NCBI GenBank assembly: GCA_964487665.1
Contig: CAZARR010000002.1
Location: 8,597 to 72,596 of the forward strand
Direction: 5' to 3'
DNA from: an uncultured Pseudomonadales bacterium
Lineage (GTDB): Bacteria; Patescibacteriota; Microgenomatia; UBA1400; MFAQ01
DNA length: 64,000 bases
Positions 18,211-27,308 of the stretch are shown piece after piece (within the stretch, counting starts at the first letter, position 1; each line of letters opens with the position of its first letter). The notes below the pieces were generated by a model, which saw only the letters and a program-made list of their open reading frames with translations, had not been told where the DNA came from and did not search any database. Made by a program: the position numbers and the translations under genes.

Positions 18211-20089
18211 GACCAACCTTTTTACCTCCCATAATTTTTTCAAACTCTTCTTGTTCAACGGTCTCAACCTCTAGTAACCGTTCAACCAATTTATCAACCT
18301 TCGCCATTTCTTTTTTTAATACTTGAAGGGACTTTTTGTAACATCTATCAATTATTGCCTTAATTTGTTTATCGACCATCCCCTGGACTTCCGGAGACAA
18401 TCTCTCCTGTTCTGAATAGGCCCGACCCCAATCAGCCATTTCCCACATTGGACCAAATGATACAGGCCCCAACTCACTCATTCCCAAATCTTCAACCATC
18501 GCTCTGGCAATCTTAGTTGCGCGCTTTATATCACTTTCGGCTCCAGCGGTCACCTCATTGAATACTAGTTTTTCCGCCGCCCGGCCTCCCAGCAGGGAAG
18601 TAATTCGATCCAGCAACTCTGATTCTGTTTGTTGGTATTTATCAGCACTTGGTTGGCTCATGGTATAGCCAAGGGCCATTCCCCTAGAAACAATACTTAC
18701 TCTGTGTATTGGATCAGTACCGATAAGCACGTGTCCGACAACGGCATGGCCAGCCTCGTGATACGCAGTCATCTTCCTTTCTAATGGACTCTGTAACCTC
18801 TTTTTTTCAGGACCCAATTTAACTCTGGTTGCCGCCTCCTCCAAATCCTCCATTTTAATTGTCGTCCTATCCATTCTTGCTGCCCGAATAGCTGCTTCGT
18901 TCAACATATTTTCCAAGTCAGCGCCAGAAAACCCAACCGTACGTCTTGCCACCTTATCCCAATCAACATCAACTTCAAACGGCTTACCCCGCGCATGAAT
19001 TGCCAATATGTCCTTCCTCCCGGCGATATCTGGCAAATCAAGAGTCACTCGCCGGTCAAACCTACCTGGCCTAACCAAAGCAGGGTCTAGAACATCAGGC
19101 CTGTTTGTTGCAGCTACCACTACTACATTATCGTTTGTTCCAAAACCATCCATTTCTACTAATATCTGATTCAATGTCTGCTCTCTCTCGTCATGTCCTC
19201 CAATAGCACCCCCAATTCCTCTTGTCCGGCCTATGGCGTCAATTTCATCAATAAAGATTATTGCTGGTGCAGCTTTTTTTGCAGTCTCAAACAGGTCTCT
19301 GACGCGACTTGCACCCACCCCAACCAACATCTCCATAAACTCACTCCCGGCCATAGAAAAAAAGGGCACACCCGCTTCGCCAGCTACTGCTTTTGCTAAC
19401 AAGGTTTTACCCACTCCCGAGGGACCGGTTAACAAAACCCCCTTCGGTGTTCGAGCTCCTACCGCCCGATATTTTTTTGAGTTCTTCAAAAAATCCACCA
19501 CCTCCTCCAGTTCTTTTTTTGCCTCGTCAACCCCTGCTACATCGCCAAACTTCACCGACTGCTTACCTTTAGAAAAAAGTTTTGCTTTGCTTTTTCCAAA
19601 ACCGAACATCATATCAACACCGCCACCCCGCTTTCGCATCAAAAAGTACATCAAAATTCCAAATCCCAAAATAGGTGCTACAAATGATATTATTCCCGCA
19701 AATGCCTTAGAAGCCAACTGCGATGAGATATCGACCTTCACTTTAGATTGGTCTATCCCCGCACGTTGCAATATACCCACCATTGTATCCGATGGCTCTT
19801 TTCGGGAAAGTTTCATTCTTTCATCGCCACCTGCATTTTTGTAATACAGTAATAACTCGTCACCCCTAACTTCTATCTTTTCGACCTTTTCTTCCTTTAT
19901 ATCGGCAAGCACCTGGGAAATATTCACGGTCTCAATGGATGCCGCACCACTAAAAAAACTTATCAGGCCCGGTAAAAATAGCAAAGAAATCAATAACCAC
20001 AACAACAGCTTTTTTATATTCAGATCAATCTGAAGTTTTACGCGTTTTTTTACTTCTTTTTTGGTTGCCATACTTTCAAAAATATCCAC
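18188..20089 (-). CDS. ftsH: ATP-dependent zinc metalloprotease FtsH
   Basis: N-terminal TM, AAA Walker [27 protein letters not shown], and the zinc-binding [10 protein letters not shown]. Confidence 0.95.
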   Translation of the reverse strand: MDIFESMATKKEVKKRVKLQIDLNIKKLLLWLLISLLFLPGLISFFSGAASIETVNISQVLADIKEEKVEKIEVRGDELLLYYKNAGGDERMKLSRKEPSDTMVGILQRAGIDQSKVKVDISSQLASKAFAGIISFVAPILGFGILMYFLMRKRGGGVDMMFGFGKSKAKLFSKGKQSVKFGDVAGVDEAKKELEEVVDFLKNSKKYRAVGARTPKGVLLTGPSGVGKTLLAKAVAGEAGVPFFSMAGSEFMEMLVGVGASRVRDLFETAKKAAPAIIFIDEIDAIGRTRGIGGAIGGHDEREQTLNQILVEMDGFGTNDNVVVVAATNRPDVLDPALVRPGRFDRRVTLDLPDIAGRKDILAIHARGKPFEVDVDWDKVARRTVGFSGADLENMLNEAAIRAARMDRTTIKMEDLEEAATRVKLGPEKKRLQSPLERKMTAYHEAGHAVVGHVLIGTDPIHRVSIVSRGMALGYTMSQPSADKYQQTESELLDRITSLLGGRAAEKLVFNEVTAGAESDIKRATKIARAMVEDLGMSELGPVSFGPMWEMADWGRAYSEQERLSPEVQGMVDKQIKAIIDRCYKKSLQVLKKEMAKVDKLVERLLEVETVEQEEFEKIMGGKKVGHEEVFVG

Positions 20090-20446
20090 CTATCTTACCA
20101 CGGTGCCATTCCCAACTGGTTCATTCAAAGGTATGGATGTTGGTCTCTGTTTATCAGCGGGGTTACTGTTGACTGTGTCAGCCATCAACATCATCCCCTG
20201 ACTTTCTTCCTCACCCATCTTCTTTGGGGTCATGTTAATCAAAAAAATAAATTGCTTTCCTATAAAATCTTCCTCTTTGTACCACTTTCTAACGCCAGAA
20301 AAAATAATTCGGATCCCCACTTCGATCCCAAAATCCACTTCAAATCGTAAAAGTTTGTTACTCCACTTGGGCACTTCAACTTTGACTACTTTTCCCACTC
20401 GAAGGTCAAGTTTCTCAAAATCTGTGTAACTTACTACCGCCTTCAT
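20090..20446 (-). CDS. tRNA-binding domain protein (CsaA/Trbp111/EMAP-like OB fold)
   Basis: DLRVGKVVKVE motif of the Myf tRNA-binding domain; 118 aa; adjacent to trpS. Confidence 0.8.
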   Translation of the reverse strand: MKAVVSYTDFEKLDLRVGKVVKVEVPKWSNKLLRFEVDFGIEVGIRIIFSGVRKWYKEEDFIGKQFIFLINMTPKKMGEEESQGMMLMADTVNSNPADKQRPTSIPLNEPVGNGTVVR

Positions 20447-20447
20447 C

Positions 20448-21443
20448 TTAGAATTTTATTTTCATTGCATCTTTCATCTGATCAACTATTTCCTCAGCAA
20501 TCTCACTAACCTTCCTTGATCCTGCAACTGCCCTTGCCAAGAGCTCATCCTTTTTACCCTCTGCCACAAGGCGCCTTTCTCTTATAGGACTCAAAACCTT
20601 GTTCATTACCTCGAACAATCTCTCCTTAACCTCTACATCCCCCACCTTTCCTTCCCTATAGCGCCTCTTTAACTCCTCAACCTCAACTAAATTTTCATTA
20701 AATAGGTCATGGTACTCAAAAGCGATATTTCCCTCAACTGTTCCTGGATCAGTAACGTGAATTCGGCTTGGGTCTGTGTATACCTTCATTATCTTTACCC
20801 TCAGTTCTTCTTCACTATCAGACAGGAAAATGCAATTATTCAGGCTTTTTCCCATTTTTGAATTGCCATCAGTACCAGGAACATTTTTCTCTACCCCAAA
20901 AAGCGCTTGCGGCTCGTGTAAAACAGACACTCCGTATGTATCGTTAAACTTCCTCGCCAGGTCTCGAGTGCTTTCAACCATTGGAGCCTGATCTTTTCCC
21001 GCTGGGACCAGATCAGCATTAACGCATAAGATATCTCCCGCTTGGTGGATAGGATACATAAAAAAGCCCAATGGCGTACTCTCTTCCATACCTTTCTGAG
21101 CCAACTCCGTCTTTATCGTTGGATTGTGGGAAATCTGTTGCACTGTTACAAAATTAGACAGATAGACAAAAATTTCATGGATCTGTTTTACCTCGCTTTG
21201 AATAAATACCGTCGTCTTTTCAAAATCAATTCCTACAGCAAAGTAATCGCAAAGCAACCCCAAAACACTCTCTCGTACTTTAGCTGGGTTATCAAAGTTG
21301 TCCGTTAGCGCTTGTACATTGGCGATTTCCACAAATTGCTCATACTCATCCTGCAATCTAACCCTGTTAAGAAGCGACCCCTTCAAATGCCCAATATGCA
21401 ACCTCCCCGTAGGCCTATCACCTGTCAATATTCTTTTCTTCAT
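20448..21443 (-). CDS. trpS: tryptophan--tRNA ligase
   Basis: The class I HIGH region appears as TGDRPTGRLHIGH and KMSKS as KMGKS; 331 aa is typical of TrpRS. Confidence 0.9.
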   Translation of the reverse strand: MKKRILTGDRPTGRLHIGHLKGSLLNRVRLQDEYEQFVEIANVQALTDNFDNPAKVRESVLGLLCDYFAVGIDFEKTTVFIQSEVKQIHEIFVYLSNFVTVQQISHNPTIKTELAQKGMEESTPLGFFMYPIHQAGDILCVNADLVPAGKDQAPMVESTRDLARKFNDTYGVSVLHEPQALFGVEKNVPGTDGNSKMGKSLNNCIFLSDSEEELRVKIMKVYTDPSRIHVTDPGTVEGNIAFEYHDLFNENLVEVEELKRRYREGKVGDVEVKERLFEVMNKVLSPIRERRLVAEGKKDELLARAVAGSRKVSEIAEEIVDQMKDAMKIKF

Positions 21444-21487
21444 GGCCTAATTCTCAATTGTCTACGCTCAATTGTCAATTTATTTAG

Positions 21488-21561
21488 TAGCAGGGGTGGG
21501 GATCGAACCCACGACCTGCGGTTTATGAATCCGCCGCTCTGACCATCTGAGCTACCCTGCC
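21488..21561 (-). tRNA. tRNA-Met (anticodon CAU; elongator, initiator or Ile2 identity not resolvable)
   Basis: A manual cloverleaf fold gives a 7-bp acceptor stem with G1-U72, D-arm GCUC/GAGC, anticodon loop UUCAUAA (CAU), T-arm GUGGG-UUCGAUC-CCCAC, discriminator A and no encoded CCA. Confidence 0.8.
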
Positions 21562-21694
21562 GCGCTACTCACTTTTTATAGTGTAACCAAACAAAGCCGC
21601 ACGCACAGTATTTTACCACCATCTGAGGCTTAAATATGTTAAAATTAACAGCTGCATGCGGGGGGGAGGTAAGTATCTCGTGAGGCTCATAATC

Positions 21695-22111
21695 TCACTC
21701 AAGCGGGGAGCGTAACCCCGCCCCCGCAACCAATTCAAACCACTTTACCCAATTTGGTACCTCTTTTCTATCCGATAACAACTCATCGCTCCCTTTTGTT
21801 GCCATGGCCGCCTTACCATCAACCTCCCAACCTTTAACACGCACCAGTCGATCTCCCGGTATCTGCATATCTAGATCATCCCGTATTACCCTTTCGACAT
21901 AAGCGGAGCTGGTCGCTTCACGTACCTTTTGCGCCAAATTCTGGTTTTTTACCCTTTCCTGCTCAAGCTCGTCTCGGGCGACACTGATTCTTTTAGACGC
22001 CATTATCAATTCCCGCAAACTACTACCCATATTTAAAATCATTATTGCCCCGACAAACCAGAAAACCAAGTTCACCCACCCAACCCGATTCACCCCGTCC
22101 TTGACACCCAT
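21695..22111 (-). CDS. septum formation initiator family protein (FtsB/DivIC-like)
   Basis: Single N-terminal TM, a coiled-coil region, and a C-terminal YVERVIRDDLDMQIPGDRLVRV resembling the FtsB/DivIC conserved end. Confidence 0.5.
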   Translation of the reverse strand: MGVKDGVNRVGWVNLVFWFVGAIMILNMGSSLRELIMASKRISVARDELEQERVKNQNLAQKVREATSSAYVERVIRDDLDMQIPGDRLVRVKGWEVDGKAAMATKGSDELLSDRKEVPNWVKWFELVAGAGLRSPLE

Positions 22112-22195
22112 CTACAAGGATAGTATCATATTGACCTGTAATATCATAAAAAGTGATATTATTTATTAACCGATAAATCAGTCAAAAACTCTTTA

Positions 22196-23071
22196 ATGGT
22201 TGACCCAAACACACCGTTCAAACAGCTAATTCGGGACTTCAAGACCGACCTAGAAAGCCAGGGAAGAGCCTCGGCTACCATTCTCGCCTATACCAAAGAC
22301 GTAGAACAGCTAGCAGACTTTGTCGAGAAACTTGGCAAGTTATCTCCCCAGACGATAGATCAAGCTGACATAGACAATTACAAAACTTTTTGCGAAGGCA
22401 AAAACTTCACACCAAAGTCGATATCTCGAAAAATCAACTCCATAAAGTCATTTTTTCGTTATTTGGAAGCAAAAAATATTGTTGGTCAAAACCCAGCTGC
22501 CCAAGTGTCCCACCCCCGTTATGACATCAAACCCCCACGCATCCTCTCTAAGCTCGAGTACAGAGCTTTGCGCGACACATGCAGAGACAATGCGCGCATG
22601 GCCGCTATCGTCGAACTTTTGCTTCAAACCGGTATGCGAATTTCTGAGGTGGCCAACCTTGACACCACCGATTTAAATACTGTAGACAATAAAATCAACG
22701 TCAAAGCCTACGAATCTCACGAAAGTCGTACCGTTCCATTAAATGACGCAGCCAAACAAGCTCTGCAGAACTACCTTAGCGAAAGACCAAAGACCATGTC
22801 AACCAAACTGTTTGTCACTAAAACTGGTAATCCGTTTTTGGTACGTAATATCCGTTCAAGCATCGATCGTTTCTTTCGTATGGCCGGGATAGAAGACGCC
22901 AAAGTCAATGATCTTAGACACACTTTTATTGCCCACCAGCTAATGTCCGGCGCCCCCCTTGTCTATATCAGCAAGTTAGCCGGACACAAACGTCTTTCCA
23001 CCACTGAAAAGTATCTGGAATTTATCCAAAACAAGACCAACCACGATCGACCTAAGCTAGAAAATCTTTGA
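22196..23071 (+). CDS. tyrosine site-specific recombinase, XerC/XerD-like
   Basis: N-terminal SAM-like core-binding domain and a catalytic domain with ARMAAIVELLLQTGMRISEVANL, HDLRHTF and the LAGHKRLSTTEKYLEF catalytic tyrosine region; 291 aa. Confidence 0.9.
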   Translation: MVDPNTPFKQLIRDFKTDLESQGRASATILAYTKDVEQLADFVEKLGKLSPQTIDQADIDNYKTFCEGKNFTPKSISRKINSIKSFFRYLEAKNIVGQNPAAQVSHPRYDIKPPRILSKLEYRALRDTCRDNARMAAIVELLLQTGMRISEVANLDTTDLNTVDNKINVKAYESHESRTVPLNDAAKQALQNYLSERPKTMSTKLFVTKTGNPFLVRNIRSSIDRFFRMAGIEDAKVNDLRHTFIAHQLMSGAPLVYISKLAGHKRLSTTEKYLEFIQNKTNHDRPKLENL

Positions 23072-23072
23072 A

Positions 23073-23393
23073 CTATCGCTTTACCATCCGCTTAAGACCG
23101 TCGATAGTCACTCTCGACAGAAACCCTAGAACCTCATTTATCTTCTCAATTTCTCCGATAGCTAGACTCAGCCAACCTTGGCTACTTAACCTATTATCTT
23201 CAATCATAACCAGAGCTCTTTTTACGTTGTTTATCTCTAGAATTTGACCATTCACCTCATCTTCAATCACCACAGTTACTGGGTGCCCTCCCCCACCCAC
23301 ACCTAGATTACCAGAAACCACAACTTGGTTATCTCCGTCACTAGAGGCACTCGCATACCCCAACATTCGATCTCGTCTTTCTCTTTTTTTCAT
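23073..23393 (-). CDS. hypothetical protein
   Basis: 106 aa; Gly/Val-rich repeats (VVVSGNLGVGGGG...) with a faint resemblance to bactofilin beta-helix repeats. No firm assignment. Confidence 0.3.
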   Translation of the reverse strand: MKKRERRDRMLGYASASSDGDNQVVVSGNLGVGGGGHPVTVVIEDEVNGQILEINNVKRALVMIEDNRLSSQGWLSLAIGEIEKINEVLGFLSRVTIDGLKRMVKR

Positions 23394-23444
23394 CTTGGTA
23401 TTGTGGAGGTATATTACAATACTAACTTCACTTAAGCTATCGAG

Positions 23445-24254
23445 TTAAACCCCCAATTTCTCCTGCCTTTGGCGAACGGCCTCAAACAAAAACAGAGCAC
23501 CCGCTACCGTGACATTTAAACTATCCATCGGGCCATGCATATCAATTCGCACGGTTACCCCACCCTTACCTAAATCCCTACTAACCCCAGCATGTTCATT
23601 ACCTACCACCAGTGCACAAGGACGAGTAAGATCCTGTTTTGTATACAAGACCTTTCCCTTCGGTGAGGTTATAACCGGAGTAATTCCCCGTTTTTCCATC
23701 CACTCGCGACATATTCGAGTAGAAGTAGTTATGCATGCTATTGCGAAAACCGAACCAAGTGACGAATGGACACAAGCTGGGTCATAAAATACGGTACGCG
23801 GATCGCAAAGAATTACTGCATCTACCCCCGCTGCGGCCGATGTTCGAACCAGAACCCCAAGACTGCCTGGCTTTTCTATAGACTCGGCTACAAGTATTAA
23901 CGGATTTGTCGGTAGGGGGACGGTTTCGAGAGTGTAACGCTCAACCCATTGTACGATCGCCACACACCCCAGAGATCCTTCCCGTTTAGACAACTTATCA
24001 AGGATTTCCTCGCTTGTCTCTTCTACCCGCACCCGACTCTGTCTGCATTGATCGATTAGCTCACTATCTGAAATTGTGGTTTTAGAAGGCGCATACAATA
24101 CACTTAATATTTCCCCGCCGTTAGCAAAAATATGTCTAAGTGTAAGAAACCCCTCCAGCACCGTGCATCGCGTTTGTTTTCTTTTCCGAGCGTTTTGCAA
24201 CAGTAGGCGAACTTGCTTGACTAAAGGGTTGTGAATACTTGTAATCACTGGCAA
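23445..24254 (-). CDS. TrmH/SpoU-family RNA 2'-O-methyltransferase (RlmB-like, with N-terminal substrate-binding domain)
   Basis: LVVGNEHAGVS and SLNVTVAGALFLFE SPOUT motifs. The track ORF (to 24380) runs through the tRNA-Ile gene and has no internal ATG, so the start is taken as TTG at 24254 (GTG at 24248 is the alternative). Confidence 0.75.
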   Translation of the reverse strand: MPVITSIHNPLVKQVRLLLQNARKRKQTRCTVLEGFLTLRHIFANGGEILSVLYAPSKTTISDSELIDQCRQSRVRVEETSEEILDKLSKREGSLGCVAIVQWVERYTLETVPLPTNPLILVAESIEKPGSLGVLVRTSAAAGVDAVILCDPRTVFYDPACVHSSLGSVFAIACITTSTRICREWMEKRGITPVITSPKGKVLYTKQDLTRPCALVVGNEHAGVSRDLGKGGVTVRIDMHGPMDSLNVTVAGALFLFEAVRQRQEKLGV

Positions 24255-24282
24255 TATTCTTAAATAACCTAATTCAATTTTG

Positions 24283-24356
24283 TAGGCCGGGCAGGATTCG
24301 AACCTGCGACATCGAAGGTATAAGCTTCGCGCTCTAACCAACTGAGCTACCGGCCT
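24283..24356 (-). tRNA. tRNA-Ile (anticodon UAU)
   Basis: A clean manual cloverleaf: acceptor AGGCCGG/CCGGCCU, D-arm GCUC-AGUUGGUUA-GAGC, anticodon stem CGAAG/CUUCG with loop CUUAUAC (U33, anticodon U34-A35-U36, A37), variable AUGUC, T-arm GCAGG-UUCGAAU-CCUGC, discriminator A. Confidence 0.85.
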
Positions 24357-24390
24357 TCGGACCCGACTATTATAAATCAAACTGACTAAA

Positions 24391-26715
24391 CTAAAGCTTG
24401 GCTCGTCTCTCGATTATTTCTTCGACCTCTTTCTCGTCCACGCCATACTTAAGTCTCGACATTTCTCGAATTAACCTCGCCACCTCCTTGCTTCCCTGGG
24501 CTCTTTCGGCTATCAAATCCCTTTTTACGTCCATGCTGAACGAAGGTACGGGAGTACCATTGACAATTGACTTTGCATAGAGAGTTTGTGCTGGAATATT
24601 TTGCAAATCGTTATCGTTAAATTGTGGGGTGAAAACGTCCTGCAACACCTTGGCATCATTTACACCCACTCTGTAGCTCATTACAGTCCCTACATTTCCA
24701 AAAATAGCATCTCTTACCTGTTCATCGAGTTGGCTCACAAACTGGTTTGCCAACACTAATCCAAGTGCATATTTCCTCGCTTCAGATAACATTTGAGCAA
24801 AGTCAGGGGTAGCAAAGTTTTGAAACTCGTCAACGTACAAATAAAAAGGTCGTCGCTCCGACTTTGGAATATCTTGCCTCGACAAAGCCGCCTGAAGCAC
24901 CTTTGGAACCAATACTAACCCCAAAAAGTTTGAATCCTCCTCTCCCAACAAGCCTTTCGCTAGTTTCAAAAAGACAATTTTTCCTTCGTCCATGGCTTTG
25001 CGAAAATTCAGCGTACTTACCGATTGACCAATGATGTTCCTGATCAACTTATTAGTTACAAAACGGCCAAATTTCGAAGCGATATAATCCAAAGTCTCCG
25101 ATTTGTGAAAGTCGCTTGTTTGGGCAATCTGATCAGTCCAATATCGACGCACGATTGGATCAGTCACTTTTGGTAACAACTCCTGAACGTACTTATTGTC
25201 TGTCAATGCTCTGTTAACCTCCACAAAAGTTGCTCCAGGCTCCACTGCTACCGTTAGCATTGCATTTCGAATCGCATGTTCAAACCTAGGGCCAATAATT
25301 CCAGTCTTATGTGGGTCATAAAGTTTGTACATCAAATTGATGATCGAGCTGGCAACGAAATGCATTTCCTCAATGTTCCGCACCTCCAACAGGTTAAAAC
25401 CCACAGGCATTTCTCTATCACTTGGGTCAAAAACAATAACGTCTTCAGCCCGCTCCGGCGGAACCATCTCCAATAGCTCCTCAATTCCATCTCCGTGTGG
25501 TTCCAGGAAACACAACCCCTTTCCTGCCCTCATATCCTGAATAATCATTGACTTTAACAACTCTGTCTTTCCCGTACCAGTCCTACCGATAATGTACATG
25601 TGGCGCATGCGGTCCTCCTCCGAAATATAAATATTTCGTTCCTTACCACGATAAATCGACCTACCCAACCACATCCCACTTTCAGGAAATCCTCCTGTTG
25701 CGGGCGCTGACTTGGCTGTCAACCAAAAAATATGTGGCGTTTCCACTGTTTTGTTAGGCATGTGCCACACCGTCGCTAATTCTTCACCTGACAACACCGA
25801 GTTATTCCCGAACAAAGATTGATACCGATAAACGAAATCAAGCATAAAACCGCTCTTAATTCGAATCTTTTTACTAGTAAATCCGTTCTGGTCCCCATTA
25901 AACTGAGCAAAGGCGCTTTTTAAGTTAGACAAATTAGCCTTGGCCTCTCCCTCCGTTGCTGCAGTACTTACAATTCTGATCGTTGTCAAAAACCCTGGTT
26001 TACCAATCTTGTTATCAATGGCCTCCAAATCTGCTGGGCTTATTTTAAACTTAGCCTTCTCGGGATCAGCTTCGCTTTTTTTAGTTTTTGAAATATACCC
26101 CTCCCCATTTTTTTTCCAGGCCGAGTCCGCAGGCGCCACAATTATTTGAACCGCTGCGGCTTGCCCGATAGCAAATTTCGAAAGGGAGGTGGTAATGGCC
26201 GCCAACGGATCGGTTGGCAACTCTTTGTAGGTCTTGATTGGTTTAAAGCTTTCCGAGCGCAAAACTAACTCTGCAAAAGCAACTTTTCCTCCTTTAGAGA
26301 ATATTGAATGCTCGTCCACCTCCTTTACCTGCACCCCCGGATACGCCCCCGACAGCTGCTTTTCAATTAACTCCACATTATCTAGATGACAACTGACATA
26401 AAACCTCACATCTTCTTTTTTGCCAACAATTTCAAAGGAAATGTGTGGTTGTGCTTTAAACCTTTGCCAGAATCCCCCCTTTTTTATTGAACTCAAAGCT
26501 GAGAACATCTGTTCAGCAGCATCTATCTTTACCTCATTATCTCTTGGAACCGCGACCTCAAGTAAAACAAACTTCAGGCTGACCTCCTCGCGATTGCTAA
26601 AACGTAAATACTGTAAAAACACCATCAACCCGATGGCCAACACAGCAACAAAAACCCCCAATATTAGCGCTCCGCCAAAAACGTAATAAGCAACTGTTGC
26701 CAAATCTATAGTCAT
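24391..26715 (-). CDS. membrane-anchored FtsK/HerA-superfamily P-loop ATPase resembling type IV coupling proteins (VirD4/TraD/TraG-like)
   Basis: N-terminal TM helices, a long pre-ATPase domain, Walker A YIIGRTGTGKTE followed by FLEPHGDG (compare coupling-protein DPKGD), Walker B YLYVDEFQNFA, and an RKxG-like ARKYALGLVLANQ; 774 aa. Confidence 0.6.
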   Translation of the reverse strand: MTIDLATVAYYVFGGALILGVFVAVLAIGLMVFLQYLRFSNREEVSLKFVLLEVAVPRDNEVKIDAAEQMFSALSSIKKGGFWQRFKAQPHISFEIVGKKEDVRFYVSCHLDNVELIEKQLSGAYPGVQVKEVDEHSIFSKGGKVAFAELVLRSESFKPIKTYKELPTDPLAAITTSLSKFAIGQAAAVQIIVAPADSAWKKNGEGYISKTKKSEADPEKAKFKISPADLEAIDNKIGKPGFLTTIRIVSTAATEGEAKANLSNLKSAFAQFNGDQNGFTSKKIRIKSGFMLDFVYRYQSLFGNNSVLSGEELATVWHMPNKTVETPHIFWLTAKSAPATGGFPESGMWLGRSIYRGKERNIYISEEDRMRHMYIIGRTGTGKTELLKSMIIQDMRAGKGLCFLEPHGDGIEELLEMVPPERAEDVIVFDPSDREMPVGFNLLEVRNIEEMHFVASSIINLMYKLYDPHKTGIIGPRFEHAIRNAMLTVAVEPGATFVEVNRALTDNKYVQELLPKVTDPIVRRYWTDQIAQTSDFHKSETLDYIASKFGRFVTNKLIRNIIGQSVSTLNFRKAMDEGKIVFLKLAKGLLGEEDSNFLGLVLVPKVLQAALSRQDIPKSERRPFYLYVDEFQNFATPDFAQMLSEARKYALGLVLANQFVSQLDEQVRDAIFGNVGTVMSYRVGVNDAKVLQDVFTPQFNDNDLQNIPAQTLYAKSIVNGTPVPSFSMDVKRDLIAERAQGSKEVARLIREMSRLKYGVDEKEVEEIIERRAKL

Positions 26716-27074
26716 CCTGTTGTATAGAATACCCTTCCAGGATATTTTTTAATCATCATCAAACACCACTCTGAAAGCCATCGTATCCCCTCCGCTATTT
26801 TACTATGCAACCCGCTCTTCAGCTCCTCCTCAGTCAAAGGAAGGGTGATATTGGCCATTCCCGATGTAGTCGGTGAAGATGCTGTAGTTTGAGTACCAGT
26901 AGTGCTAGCCTGGCTACTAGTTACAATTTGCGCCTGACTCTGACCATTTGGCACAAAGGCTTCGCCTCTCTCAGATTGCTTCTCAATCTTCTCGATATAA
27001 CCCTCAACCTGACGTAAGGCATCAGGACTTATCCCAGAAGACACCAAATCATGTTCCTGTCTCGCAGTAGCCAT
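26712..27074 (-). CDS. hypothetical Ser/Thr-rich small protein (operonic with the coupling-ATPase gene)
   Basis: 120 aa with a 4-nt overlap onto the downstream ATPase gene; low-complexity TSSQASTTGTQTTASSPTTSG segment. Confidence 0.4.
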   Translation of the reverse strand: MATARQEHDLVSSGISPDALRQVEGYIEKIEKQSERGEAFVPNGQSQAQIVTSSQASTTGTQTTASSPTTSGMANITLPLTEEELKSGLHSKIAEGIRWLSEWCLMMIKKYPGRVFYTTG

Positions 27075-27308
27075 ACTATTAATATACCAAGAAATTCCAC
27101 ATTAACTGTCACTAGAAAATTTACCAAAACAAACAATTTTATTGCCGACAAATCTAGTTTAGGGCGACAAATCAACAAGTTTACTACTACGCCCACCCAT
27201 TAGCACTCGAGGCACCAAAATGACAACCAAACGATTACTACCTATCTTTAAACCACTTTTCCCAATCGCTGTCAATACCCCAACTTTATCAGACCTCTAG
27301 TCTATCAA

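Noticed and set aside
19233-19844. Long antisense ORFs inside conserved genes (e.g. 203 aa inside ftsH, 140 aa inside tkt, 152 aa inside the P-type ATPase, 160 aa inside the ATP-grasp gene)
   Set aside because: They lie entirely within, and antisense to, strongly supported genes. Their low-complexity Ser/Thr/Pro-rich translations are typical of antisense frames in a low-GC genome.
21488-24356. Tyrosine recombinase between two tRNA genes as a possible integrated genomic island
   Set aside because: The recombinase has the XerC/XerD-type N-terminal core-binding domain and size. The genes between the tRNAs (FtsB-like, TrmH-family methyltransferase) are housekeeping, no direct repeats of a tRNA 3' end were seen, and no phage or conjugative cargo is present. 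It is more likely the chromosomal Xer recombinase.
27075-27308. 234-nt non-coding gap between nrdJ and the small S/T-rich gene as a riboswitch or sRNA
   Set aside because: It is located downstream of nrdJ, not in its leader, and no cobalamin-riboswitch-like conserved blocks or strong secondary structure are evident. It is most simply the promoter region of the S/T-rich and coupling-ATPase operon.
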